DNA of 63,881 bases, the filler included. It is 7 parts of 7 records of this genome, joined end to end, with 100 filler letters (N's around TTAATTAATTAA, not from the genome) between each part and the next. Parts side by side here need not be neighbours in the genome. Positions count along the whole stretch, not along the records: positions 18,769 to 25,577 come from SRR2962707_4509; positions 25,678 to 31,209 come from SRR2962707_4515; 5 more parts are not named here. One strand, given 5' to 3'. A model generated the notes under the pieces. That model made no database searches, was not told the DNA's origin, and worked only from the letters and a program-made list of their open reading frames with translations. The position numbers were made by a program, and so were the translations under genes. Position 1 is the first letter of the stretch. Each line of letters opens with the position of its first letter. Of this stretch, positions 20,265-28,956 are shown piece after piece.

Positions 20265-21884
20265 TCAGCCTGAGGGCGCCCGGCATTTGGCGGTGACGTC
20301 GAGTGACGGATCGTAATGTTTAGCCTTCACATCCATCAATCCCAGGACAGTATGGAACAGATTGTCATGGGACGTTGCATCTGTCGCATGGCTTTTAAGA
20401 CATTCTGTTGTTGTACCGAACAGGTCTGAATAGCTTTTCGACAACCACATTACGAATGGCACATGGGTCTGCTCTTCGGGCGCGAACATGTAGGGCATTC
20501 CATGCAGATAGAGGCCTTTTTCTCCCAGCGATTCGCCGTGATCCGACATGTAGATCATTGTTGATGCGATACGGTCAGACCGTTCGGCCAGCAGGTCAAT
20601 GATCTGGGCCAGCATCCGGTCGGTTGCGACGATTGTGTTGTCGTAAGCGTTGCGGATTTCCGCTTCGGTGCAATCGGCGAACTCGGCTGTGCGGCAATCG
20701 GGCTGGAATACCCGTTCCTGCTCGGAATACCGCTGGTAATAGGCAGGGCCGTGGCTCCCCAGTTGGTGCAGCACCAGCGTCGCGTCGCCATTGATGTTGT
20801 CCAGCCAGGGTCCAAGAGCGTCGACCATGACCTGATCGCGGCACTCGTTGCTGACGCAATAGCGGGGATCATTTTCGGTTGAGAAATTGCGCAGTTTGGT
20901 CCGGCTGGCAACGCCCTTGTCACCGGTGTTGTTTTCCCACCATTCAACAGAACCACCGGCGTGAGCAAGCACGTCGAGGAGGTTTTCCTGGGCGAGCCCC
21001 TTGTCGTGCGAGTAGTCCGCACGATCAAGCAGAGAGAACATGCAGGGAATTGAAACTGCGGTTGCAGTCCCGCACGAGGCGGTGTTGCGGTAAAAAACGA
21101 TATCGCGTTTCTCGAGTTCCGGGTTGGTGGTGCGCTCATAGCCGCCAAGGGAGAAATCCTGGGCACGGGCGGTTTCTCCGGCGACAATGATGGTGACGAC
21201 CGGCTTGCCGGCTTTGTCGATGACTGCGCCTTGCTTTGCATCAAGGTCCAGTGGCGCTGCCACGATGGTTCTGTTCCGGTCCTCGCGAATTGCAAATTTT
21301 ACAGCACTTATGATCGGCGATATCGGGTTGAGTGTCTTTATGACGAGGCCGTTGTTGCGCATCGTCGAGGCGATGGCAGGGTACTGCCAAAGGCTCATGC
21401 TCAAGGCGAGGAGCAGCATTGGTATGATGACGGCCAAGTTCCATTTCAATTTGGCGCCAAAGGTCCGGTGCCGGATGCGAACAATCGCGATCAGAAGCGA
21501 GGGCAGGATCGCATAGATGAGAAAATGGAGAAAAAATGCCGGCGTCATGAGGTGGCCGGCTTCGGCGGTGGTTGTCTCGGCTGCATTGCGGATCATGTCG
21601 GTATCGATGATGGTGCCAAACCTCTCCATGAACCAGCTTGCTGCGGCAGCGCTGATAATTGCCAGGATGTAGATCGGCTTGGTCACGTATTTGACGGTGA
21701 CGCTGATGCACAGCGCTATCAACAAGGCGGAGATCCCAATGGAAAAGGCGATCAGCGCCGGGCGATGGTCACCGAAGGCCTCAATTGTTCTGAGCCAGAA
21801 GACCTTGTTGACAACAAGAATGATCCAGGCGGCGACAAAGAGCGCAAGCGTGACGCTACCGACGGATGGCCGGAAGAATTTCAT
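20265..21884 (-). CDS. eptA: Lipid A phosphoethanolamine transferase (EptA/MCR family)
   Basis: N-terminal TM region. Catalytic motifs are intact: VAGETARA, CGTATAVSIPCMFS (catalytic Thr), HQLGSHGPAYY, YDNTI and SDHGESLGE.GLYLHG.PY. Confidence 0.93.
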   Translation of the reverse strand: MKFFRPSVGSVTLALFVAAWIILVVNKVFWLRTIEAFGDHRPALIAFSIGISALLIALCISVTVKYVTKPIYILAIISAAAASWFMERFGTIIDTDMIRNAAETTTAEAGHLMTPAFFLHFLIYAILPSLLIAIVRIRHRTFGAKLKWNLAVIIPMLLLALSMSLWQYPAIASTMRNNGLVIKTLNPISPIISAVKFAIREDRNRTIVAAPLDLDAKQGAVIDKAGKPVVTIIVAGETARAQDFSLGGYERTTNPELEKRDIVFYRNTASCGTATAVSIPCMFSLLDRADYSHDKGLAQENLLDVLAHAGGSVEWWENNTGDKGVASRTKLRNFSTENDPRYCVSNECRDQVMVDALGPWLDNINGDATLVLHQLGSHGPAYYQRYSEQERVFQPDCRTAEFADCTEAEIRNAYDNTIVATDRMLAQIIDLLAERSDRIASTMIYMSDHGESLGEKGLYLHGMPYMFAPEEQTHVPFVMWLSKSYSDLFGTTTECLKSHATDATSHDNLFHTVLGLMDVKAKHYDPSLDVTAKCRAPSG

Positions 21885-21940
21885 GACAGTTTTCCTAAAG
21901 CTTCAATGGGTGTTTTGTTGATGAGCCAAACCGGCGGGCG

Positions 21941-23311
21941 CTAGCCTGGCGGAGCCGTTAACGGTATGGAGATCCGCACTTCAAGCCCCCCCATTGGAGA
22001 GCTTCCAAGGTCGAGTTGGCCGCCGAAGGAATCGACTATGTCGGTTGAAATAGCCAAGCCCAGCCCGGCGCCCATTTCGGATTGATCAAGCCGCTGATCG
22101 GTTCTGATGGCGCTGGCAATACCTGCCTGGTCAAGGCCCGGGCCGTCATCGCTGATACGAATGACAACTGCATCATTTGCGTTTTCCGTTTCGACCAAAA
22201 CCTGGCTACGGGCAAAGCGCACTGCGTTTTCAGCAAGATTGCCGACGAGCTCATTGAGATCATCAGCATCGATCGGTACCGCAACCGTTGCTCCTGTATC
22301 GTTTCGCAATACCAGGTCTTCGCCTGCCGGAGTGCGCTTGAGCGCGCGAAAGATGCCATCAACAATCGGCTTGAGAGGTGTCCGCTCCTGACTGCGTCCA
22401 TGGCGCAGCCTGGCGCGGGCCAGCTCACGTTCCATGTGCCGGCGCATGCGGTGCGCGAGTTCGGAAATGTCGTCGGCAATTTCGGTCTCGCCTTTGGCGC
22501 GGAGCCGCTCAATGTCACTGGTCAGGGCCGACAATGGTGTTTTCAGGCCATGGGCAAGATTGGCGGCGCGATCCCTTGCGCGGCTGATGGCCAGATCCTG
22601 AGCGTCCAGCAGGGCGTTGACCTCTTCGACAAGCGGCGCAATTTCCTTTGGCACCCCATCAGCAGCCAGGCGCTTGCGGGTTCCGTTTCGAACGGCGCTG
22701 ACGCCTGACAGGACGTGATGTACCGGTCTCAGCCCTTCACCGATCTGAAGCAGGAAGCCGAGCATCAGAACCGAGCCCAGAATAGCCAGCACCGGCGCAA
22801 GATCCTTTGCGAACCCGGTGGCAAGCGCGTTGAGCTCAGCCCGGTCAATGGCGACGGAGAGGCGAACTTCATGGTCGCCGTCCGGCGCAGACAGCAGGAC
22901 CATTGTTTCATGGGCCAGCAGGTTTGATTGCTGCGGGCCGGGCAGGTCATGGATGTGGGTCTGACTGGGCAGCAAGATGTCGCCCGGAACGCTCAGTTGG
23001 GTATCCCACAATGATCTGGAGCGAAGTTGGGTGCTCGTTGTCACATCATCAACTTGCCAGTAGAGGCCACCAAAGATTGCCTGGAAGCGCGGGTCCACCG
23101 GCTCGCGCATCAATGATATGCCCGTGCCCGGGGTGAGCCGCAGGCTGCCGACAAGCTGATTGAGGTGGGTGTCGAGTTCCTGGCCGACGCGGCGTTCGAG
23201 ATGTCGGGTAAACAGCGCCGACAGGCTGAAGCCGGTCACCAGCAGGGCCGCGGCGAGGACAAGAGCTGCAAAGGCCAGAAGCCTGAAACGAAGCGATCTG
23301 ACCGGTTTCAT
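21941..23311 (-). CDS. Two-component sensor histidine kinase (PhoQ/FeuQ/BqsS-like)
   Basis: Two TM helices, a HAMP region (VPKEIAPLVEEVNALL), H-box LAHGLKTPL, GNLAENA, DDGPG and GLGLAI. Confidence 0.92.
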   Translation of the reverse strand: MKPVRSLRFRLLAFAALVLAAALLVTGFSLSALFTRHLERRVGQELDTHLNQLVGSLRLTPGTGISLMREPVDPRFQAIFGGLYWQVDDVTTSTQLRSRSLWDTQLSVPGDILLPSQTHIHDLPGPQQSNLLAHETMVLLSAPDGDHEVRLSVAIDRAELNALATGFAKDLAPVLAILGSVLMLGFLLQIGEGLRPVHHVLSGVSAVRNGTRKRLAADGVPKEIAPLVEEVNALLDAQDLAISRARDRAANLAHGLKTPLSALTSDIERLRAKGETEIADDISELAHRMRRHMERELARARLRHGRSQERTPLKPIVDGIFRALKRTPAGEDLVLRNDTGATVAVPIDADDLNELVGNLAENAVRFARSQVLVETENANDAVVIRISDDGPGLDQAGIASAIRTDQRLDQSEMGAGLGLAISTDIVDSFGGQLDLGSSPMGGLEVRISIPLTAPPG

Positions 23312-23979
23312 ACAACCTGCTCCGGATCTTCCACGATGTAGCCGAAGCCGCGGCGGGTTTCGATAAGAGCGACAGGCAGTTTGCGCCGGACCCGGCCGAC
23401 AAGGACTTCCACGGCATTCGATTCACGTTCAAAATGGACCGACTGCAGATGCTCGGACAGCTCCTGCTGGGGGACAACGCGGCCCTTGTTGAGCATCAGG
23501 TAAGCCAGCAGGCGATACTCCTGCGGTGACAGGTTGATGGGTACGCCGCGAACACTCAGGCGCATTTGCCGCGTGTCCAGTTCAGCCTCACCGACGGTGA
23601 TGACGGCATTGGCCAGTCCGCCTGAACGGCGGATGATGGCGCGCAGTCTGGCGGTGAGTTCCTCCATGCGAAACGGCTTGGGGAGATAGTCGTCGGCGCC
23701 TGCATCAATGCCTTCCACACGTTCTGTCCATGCGCCACGCGCTGTGAGCACCAGAACGGGAAAATTGCGCCCCGCGGCGCGCCAGCGCTTGAGTATGGTC
23801 AGGCCGTCCATGCCGGGCAGACCAAGATCGAGTATGGCAGCTGCGTAGCTCTCCGTGTCACCCAGGAACCACGCCTCCTCACCATTGGATTCGCTGTCAA
23901 CCACATAGCCTGAGGCCTCCAGGGCAGCGCTGACATCCTGGCGGATGCGGTTGTCGTCTTCGATGAGGAGAATACGCAT
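23308..23979 (-). CDS. OmpR-family response regulator (PhoP/FeuP/BqsR-like)
   Basis: LIEDD, ILDLGLP, DDYLPKPF and winged-helix ETRRGFGY. ATGA overlap with the kinase. Confidence 0.93.
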   Translation of the reverse strand: MRILLIEDDNRIRQDVSAALEASGYVVDSESNGEEAWFLGDTESYAAAILDLGLPGMDGLTILKRWRAAGRNFPVLVLTARGAWTERVEGIDAGADDYLPKPFRMEELTARLRAIIRRSGGLANAVITVGEAELDTRQMRLSVRGVPINLSPQEYRLLAYLMLNKGRVVPQQELSEHLQSVHFERESNAVEVLVGRVRRKLPVALIETRRGFGYIVEDPEQVV

Positions 23980-23984
23980 GATGC

Positions 23985-24296
23985 TCAGTCTTCGTCTTCG
24001 AGGCCAAGGATCTCAGCGGTGCGTGCGTCGATTTCATACTCAAGTCGGCGGCCATCGCTGTTGATAATGTAAAGCTCGTAGATGGGCCGGCCCTTTTCAT
24101 ATTCGAATTCAATTTCAACGATCCTGCCCTTGATCTGCGGCAGCACCGTGTCGAGAATTTTTGACAGTGGCAGGACCTCGCCCCGCGCGATTGCGCCATC
24201 AAGATCAACCCGTTGGTGTTGATTGTCGTCATCGGCATGCGCGGGCAGGGGCGCAAGCACGGTCATGAGCAACAGCAGGGGCAGGATAGCTTTCAT
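23985..24296 (-). CDS. Secreted PepSY-domain protein
   Basis: The real start is probably ATG 24296 (MKAILPLLLL..AHA signal peptide). GEVLPLSKIL, YELYII..DGR and IDARTAEIL. Confidence 0.82.
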   Translation of the reverse strand: MKAILPLLLLMTVLAPLPAHADDDNQHQRVDLDGAIARGEVLPLSKILDTVLPQIKGRIVEIEFEYEKGRPIYELYIINSDGRRLEYEIDARTAEILGLEDED

Positions 24297-24319
24297 CGGG
24301 CCACTATCGTGGTTTGAAA

Positions 24320-24358
24320 ATGACAAAACGCTGACAGGTCTGATCAGCGGCTTGTCAT
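24320..24358. promoter_or_regulatory. Probable response-regulator binding sites in the divergent promoter
   Basis: ATGACAAAACGCTGA (24320-24334) and TCAGCGGCTTGTCAT (24344-24358) form an inverted repeat matching at 13 of 15 positions. The left arm has TGACA at 24321 and 24332, the 11-bp spacing typical of OmpR-family sites. Confidence 0.6.
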
Positions 24359-24425
24359 CATGTTCCTGCGACAAGGGTGGGGTCAACGGGCAGAGGCCCA
24401 ATACACCATTTGAAAGAGAGACACC

Positions 24426-24701
24426 ATGAAGATGATACTTGCTGCAATGACCGCTGTCGCCGTGCTGATGCCCGTCGTGGCTTTCGCTTCCGATGATGCG
24501 TGCCCGAATGTGCCGCGCGACCAATGGATGAGCGATGCTGCCATCACCGAAAAGGCCAAAACCCTGGGCTATGATGTCCGGTCGATCAAGGCCGAAGATG
24601 GCTGCCTTGAAGCCTATGCAATGGACAAGGACGGCAAGCGCGTCGAAGTCTATTTTCATCCGGGTACTGGAGACGTGCTCAGGGTAAAGGCTGAAGACTG
24701 A
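24426..24701 (+). CDS. Small secreted PepSY_2-domain protein
   Basis: Signal peptide, C..P..QWM, GYDVRSIK..DGCLEAYA.DKDG.RVEVYFHP.TG. Confidence 0.85.
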   Translation: MKMILAAMTAVAVLMPVVAFASDDACPNVPRDQWMSDAAITEKAKTLGYDVRSIKAEDGCLEAYAMDKDGKRVEVYFHPGTGDVLRVKAED

Positions 24702-25300
24702 TGGCCGCGTCCAAAGCGGCTTCGGGCGCTGAAACCGTGATGGAAGCCGGCGACACTCAGTCGCCGGCGACCGTCCGGGTGTGGGACCCGCTGGTCAGGA
24801 TCTTCCACTGGTCGCTTGTCGGCCTGTTCACTTTCGCCTTTCTCACCGGAGATGAATGGCAGGCACCGCATGAAACCGCCGGCTATATCATTGCGGGCCT
24901 GATTGCATTTCGCGTGATCTGGGGTTTCGTCGGATCGCGATATGCGCGGTTCATGTCCTTTGTCTATGGCCCATCGAGGGTCGCCGGATTTCTCAGTGAT
25001 ACGGTCAGACTGAAGGCGCGGCGGTATCTCGGTCACAACCCGGCAGGCGGACTGATGGTGCTCGGTCTGTTGCTGGCCATCGCGGTGATTTCGCTCAGCG
25101 GTTGGATGATGACGACCGATGCCTATTGGGGCGTGAAATGGGTGGGCGAATTGCACGAAGCTGCGGCTTTCACAGCGCTTGGCCTCATTGCCTTGCATAT
25201 CGGCGGCGTGATTGTCGCAAGTCTTGAGCACGGCGAGAACCTTGTCCGCGCCATGTTTACCAGCCGAAAACGCGCAGCCGGCCCCAACGACATTACCTGA
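24701..25300 (+). CDS. Cytochrome b/b6-domain membrane protein (Ni-hydrogenase cytochrome b family)
   Basis: VWDPLVRIFHW, H...GY, R.IWG, GHNPAGG, LHE, LHIGGV and ENLVRAM. TGATG coupling to the PepSY gene. Confidence 0.88.
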   Translation: MAASKAASGAETVMEAGDTQSPATVRVWDPLVRIFHWSLVGLFTFAFLTGDEWQAPHETAGYIIAGLIAFRVIWGFVGSRYARFMSFVYGPSRVAGFLSDTVRLKARRYLGHNPAGGLMVLGLLLAIAVISLSGWMMTTDAYWGVKWVGELHEAAAFTALGLIALHIGGVIVASLEHGENLVRAMFTSRKRAAGPNDIT

Positions 25301-25329
25301 GCGCTCATTCTCCCCCCGAACGCTTGGCC

Positions 25330-25366
25330 GACCTGCCAGTTTCCGCCGCACTGGCAGGTCTTTTTA
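25330..25366 (+). terminator. Intrinsic terminator
   Basis: GACCTGCCAGT / ACTGGCAGGTC perfect stem followed by TTTTT. Confidence 0.8.
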
Positions 25367-25548
25367 TCATCCTTATCAGCCACACCCGGCTTCGCAGGTA
25401 CGGTCATGTCCTGTAAACATGACCGCTCTTGAGCCTCGTCCGGAATCAAAGGCTTATCTTATGGTCTGTCTTGTATCTGTCGCATCCCTGGGGCAAGTTT
25501 GCGGCGTCCGGACTGTACCAAGCCACTGCTTCGCAGAACTTCCGGGCA

Positions 25549-25577
25549 CTACAGCGCCGCGCATCCAATTGGATGCG
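25549..25577. repeat. Start of a Rhizobiales-type palindromic intergenic repeat at the contig end
   Basis: CTACAGCGCCGCGCATCCAATTGGATGCG contains the perfect palindrome CGCATCCAATTGGATGCG. It resembles, from memory, the CTACAGCGCCGCGC...GCGCAAAGG.CGCTGTAG mosaic repeats of rhizobia. Confidence 0.5.
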
Positions 25578-25677
25578 NNNNNNNNNNNNNNNNNNNNNNN
25601 NNNNNNNNNNNNNNNNNNNNNTTAATTAATTAANNNNNNNNNNNNNNNNNNNNNNNNNNNNNNNNNNNNNNNNNNNN
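25578..25677. other. Artificial contig spacer
   Basis: 44 N + TTAATTAATTAA + 44 N. Confidence 0.99.
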
Positions 25678-26641
25678 GCGTCTGAATTTCGAAGGCGGTC
25701 ATTCCGCCAACGGGTTTGGCAGTTTCATTGAAAAACTGCAGGCCCTGAAATTCCAGATTGCCCAGTTTACCAGCATCAAGGCGGCCTCACGCCGGGTGCG
25801 CCATCACTATGACATTGGTAATGATCTTTATACCCGGTTTCTTGATCCGGATATGCAGTATTCCTGTGCGTTCTGGGATGATGGTGCGCAAACGCTTGAA
25901 GAAGCACAGCACCGTAAAATGAGTCTGACGACCCAGCGGCTTAACATCAATGAACCCGGATTGCGGGTGGTTGATATCGGGTGCGGCTGGGGCGGGTTAA
26001 GCCGTTTTATCCGGCGTGAAACCGGGGCCGAGGTGCACGGTATTACGCTGTCGACCGAGCAATACAGCTGGGCGCAACAACAGCGTCTGGAAATGGGCGA
26101 CAACGCCAGTCGCGGCCTTGATTACCATCTTCTTGATTACCGGGTGTTTTCCCAGGCCAATGCGGGAAAATACGACAGGGTGGTATCGGTTGGCATGTTT
26201 GAGCATGTTGGCCGCCATCAGTTCAAAACCTATTTCGAAAAGGTTGGTGAGCTTCTGAAAACGGGTGGTCGGGCGGTGATCCACACGATCATCAAACCAC
26301 GTGCTGAATTTACCTCGCCATGGATTGATCGATATATTTTCCCCGGCGGGTATATCCCTGCAGTGCATGAAGTGATCGAAGCGGCCGAACATGCCAGTCT
26401 GATGGTGGACGCATCGCATTTCCATCCCGGGCGCAACTATGCCAAGACGTTGATGGCTTGGCGCGACCGGTTTCGCGATGTGGCCGATCAGCTTGATCCG
26501 GAAAAATACGACACAGAGTTCAAGCGTATGTGGGAGTTTTATCTGGCAGGTTGCATCAATGCCTTTGACGAGGCCGAGGGCGGCGGTGGCATGCGGGTTG
26601 GCCAGTTTGTCTTTACCAAGCCGGGATTTGACTACGCATAA
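25678..26641 (+). CDS. cfa: Cyclopropane-fatty-acyl-phospholipid synthase family methyltransferase (5' truncated)
   Basis: HHYDIGNDLY..FLD..MQYSCA, DIGCGWGG, VSVGMFEHVG, WIDRYIFPGG and RMWEFYLAGC. The frame is open to the contig edge. Confidence 0.9.
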
Positions 26642-26645
26642 TATG

Positions 26646-26680
26646 ACGGGGCGGGGAGCGAAAGTTCCCCGCCCCGTTTG
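26646..26680 (+). terminator. Intrinsic terminator
   Basis: ACGGGGCGGGGA / TCCCCGCCCCGT stem followed by TTGATTTT. Confidence 0.75.
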
Positions 26681-26862
26681 ATTTTAATCCCCATATGCAA
26701 AATATCGGTGATGAACCCCGACACATTGGGGAACACCAAAGGCGACAAAAACAAGAAATGGCATTGTTGCCCAAAAAGATACACATCGCGTGATCGACCG
26801 GCACGTCAGATGTGACGCATGCAAACGGTTCTAAACCGGTCATTTTGTCGGGAGGAAACGAC

Positions 26863-27282
26863 ATGTTGAAAGTTTTGAACTGGGACGACAGCACGGACCG
26901 CACTGCTGATATCAATGCCGGTGATGCGCCCCATATTGGTCAGGTGGAAGATTACGTCAACGCACTTGCATCTATCGAGATATCGAGCTGTGAACGCGAT
27001 ATGCTGCGGGTCCATGCCAATGCACCGGGCCGTGAGATTAGCGGATTGAAGTTGGCCCAGACGGTGGGGCATTTTGGCGCGCGGATTGGCAATAAGAAAT
27101 ATGGCCGGTTGGCGCGTAAAATTTCGCAGGCCGCAGGACTTCCAATGTGTGACAGCGATGTCAGTGATTATCTGGCCGCGATCTTTACCCTTGCCGATGG
27201 GAAGCCTACGGACGGTGAAGACTGGACATGGGTGATGCATCGAGCGGTGGCCGATGCGCTGAAAGAAGCAGGCGTTATCTAA
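26863..27282 (+). CDS. Hypothetical 139-aa protein, possibly helix-turn-helix/winged-helix-like
   Basis: GGAGG RBS before ATG 26863, and it is flanked by terminators. No family recognised with certainty. Confidence 0.7.
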   Translation: MLKVLNWDDSTDRTADINAGDAPHIGQVEDYVNALASIEISSCERDMLRVHANAPGREISGLKLAQTVGHFGARIGNKKYGRLARKISQAAGLPMCDSDVSDYLAAIFTLADGKPTDGEDWTWVMHRAVADALKEAGVI

Positions 27283-27341
27283 CGCCAACAGGCGTCAGGT
27301 TTCGAAAAAATCGATCCTTTTGAAAATAATCGGGCGGGTTG

Positions 27342-27368
27342 TGTAACACGGCCCGCCCTTGTTTCGTC
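27342..27368 (+). promoter_or_regulatory. ECF41 (SigJ-type) promoter
   Basis: TGTAACA-N16-CGTC is one mismatch from the ECF41 consensus TGTCACA-N16-CGTC and lies upstream of the AhpD/CMD gene. Confidence 0.75.
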
Positions 27369-27429
27369 CTTGTTTGCAGAAAGGGCATTTTGCCCGGTGA
27401 ATTCACTGCTGTTTTCAAGGAGAACCATC

Positions 27430-27864
27430 ATGAGCCGTTTCGCATTTCCCAAAACCAGCCCGAAACTGTTTGAGGCCATGTTTGAGCTTGCGACCAAACT
27501 TGCGGAAGACGCGAAAATTTCGCCCGCACTGCGCAGCTTGATCGAATGCCGTGTATCGCACATCAACGAATGTGCCCATTGCCTCCGGATGCATTCAAAA
27601 AGCTATGGCGAGCAAGGTGGCGACCCGGTGAAACTTACGATGCTGCCACTGTGGCGCAGTTCAAAGGGCTTTGACGACGGGGAGCGTGCGGCGCTTGACT
27701 GGGCGGAATGCCTGACCAAGGTCGAGAGCCAGTCGCGTATTTCGCAAAGCCACCGTGCGTTGCTTGAACATTTCGAAGAAGACGAAGTTTCGGAACTTAC
27801 CTGCATTATATCAACCATGAATGCCTGGAACCGGTTGGGCATTGCGCAGCATGAGTTTGCGTAA
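27430..27864 (+). CDS. Carboxymuconolactone decarboxylase/AhpD-like protein
   Basis: RVSHINECAHCLRMH (CxxC...H), ERAALDWAE and MNAWNRL. AAGGAG RBS. Confidence 0.9.
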   Translation: MSRFAFPKTSPKLFEAMFELATKLAEDAKISPALRSLIECRVSHINECAHCLRMHSKSYGEQGGDPVKLTMLPLWRSSKGFDDGERAALDWAECLTKVESQSRISQSHRALLEHFEEDEVSELTCIISTMNAWNRLGIAQHEFA

Positions 27865-27997
27865 ATCCGTTTGCGCAAATCCTGAGGACGGGGGTGTCCT
27901 CGCCCCTTTGCATCCCCGTCCCCTTTCGGGCAAAATGACTTTCATATCGGCGATACGGGATTTTCCCGTATCGCTTCATGCGTTTGATGGACCCAAG

Positions 27998-28921
27998 ATG
28001 GCAGATCAGATTTTTGAGGCACATCGACCCCGTTTAATGGCCCTGTCGTATCGCATGCTGGGCAGTCATGCCGATGCCGAGGACGCGGTACAGGACGTCT
28101 GGCTGCGGTGGCGTGCGCAGGATCATGAAATGATCAAGGATGCCACGGGTTGGCTGGTTAGGGTTTGCAGCAATATTTGTCTGGATGTTTTGAAGTCTGC
28201 GCGGCGGCAGCGTGAAAAATACGTCGGGCAATGGCTGCCCGAACCGTGGTTGCCGCCCGAGCAACCCCACGCCGAAAAAATGCTGATCGAACAGGATGGT
28301 CTGGGGCAGGCGTATTTGCTGATGCTCGAACGGCTGGCGCCGGTTGAACGGATTGCGCTTGTTTTACACGAAGTATTTGACTGGACCCATGACGATATTG
28401 CCCCGGTGATTGAACGCACAGCCAACAATACCCGTCAGATACTGTTTCGTGCCCGGCGCAAGATGGCGCGTGAGAACGACAGGGATCCGACGCCCGCTGT
28501 TGCGGCAAAAGCCTGCGACCAGTCGAAAATCGAGGCGTTCATCAATGCCCTTAGTCTGGGGGATGTTGGGCAGTTGATGAGCCAGTTGGCCCCGGATGTG
28601 ATTATGCATTCTGATGGCGGGGGCAAGGCATCAGCCGCCCTTAATCCTGTCTTTGGCAATGATAACGTTGCGCGCTTCTTTGCCGGTGTCTGGGGCAAAC
28701 GCAGCCCGGATGCTCAAATTTGTTATGTGACCAATCAACGCGAATGCTGGCTTTTGATGTATGAGGGGGCCGAGGTTGTCACCGCAATCAGTGCATCAGA
28801 ACGCGATGGTTTGCTTGTTGATGTTTTTGTGCATCGCAATCCGGACAAACTGGCTTTTTTTGCCCCGATGATACGTCATGAGGAAGCCGTTGCCGTTCCA
28901 AATACAAAGGCCGGGATTTAA
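27998..28921 (+). CDS. sigJ: ECF41 RNA polymerase sigma factor with SnoaL-like C-terminal extension
   Basis: FEAHRPRL..LSYRMLGS..DAEDAVQ plus the ECF41 signatures WLPEP, DGGGK and NPDKL. Confidence 0.92.
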   Translation: MADQIFEAHRPRLMALSYRMLGSHADAEDAVQDVWLRWRAQDHEMIKDATGWLVRVCSNICLDVLKSARRQREKYVGQWLPEPWLPPEQPHAEKMLIEQDGLGQAYLLMLERLAPVERIALVLHEVFDWTHDDIAPVIERTANNTRQILFRARRKMARENDRDPTPAVAAKACDQSKIEAFINALSLGDVGQLMSQLAPDVIMHSDGGGKASAALNPVFGNDNVARFFAGVWGKRSPDAQICYVTNQRECWLLMYEGAEVVTAISASERDGLLVDVFVHRNPDKLAFFAPMIRHEEAVAVPNTKAGI

Positions 28922-28932
28922 CCCGGCCTTTG
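28905..28932. terminator. Hairpin between convergent genes
   Basis: CAAAGGCCGGG / CCCGGCCTTTG perfect 11-bp inverted repeat spanning the sigJ stop. Confidence 0.6.
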
Positions 28933-28956
28933 CAAAAGTCTCTTTTTTTGAAACGC

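Noticed and set aside
20265..21884. Calling the transferase a mobile mcr gene
   Set aside because: No IS, transposase or plasmid feature is present on the contig. Family membership alone does not show mobility or resistance.
23985..24659. 224-aa ORF overlapping the divergent PepSY gene
   Set aside because: The upstream extension is antisense to 24426..24701. The signal peptide begins at ATG 24296.
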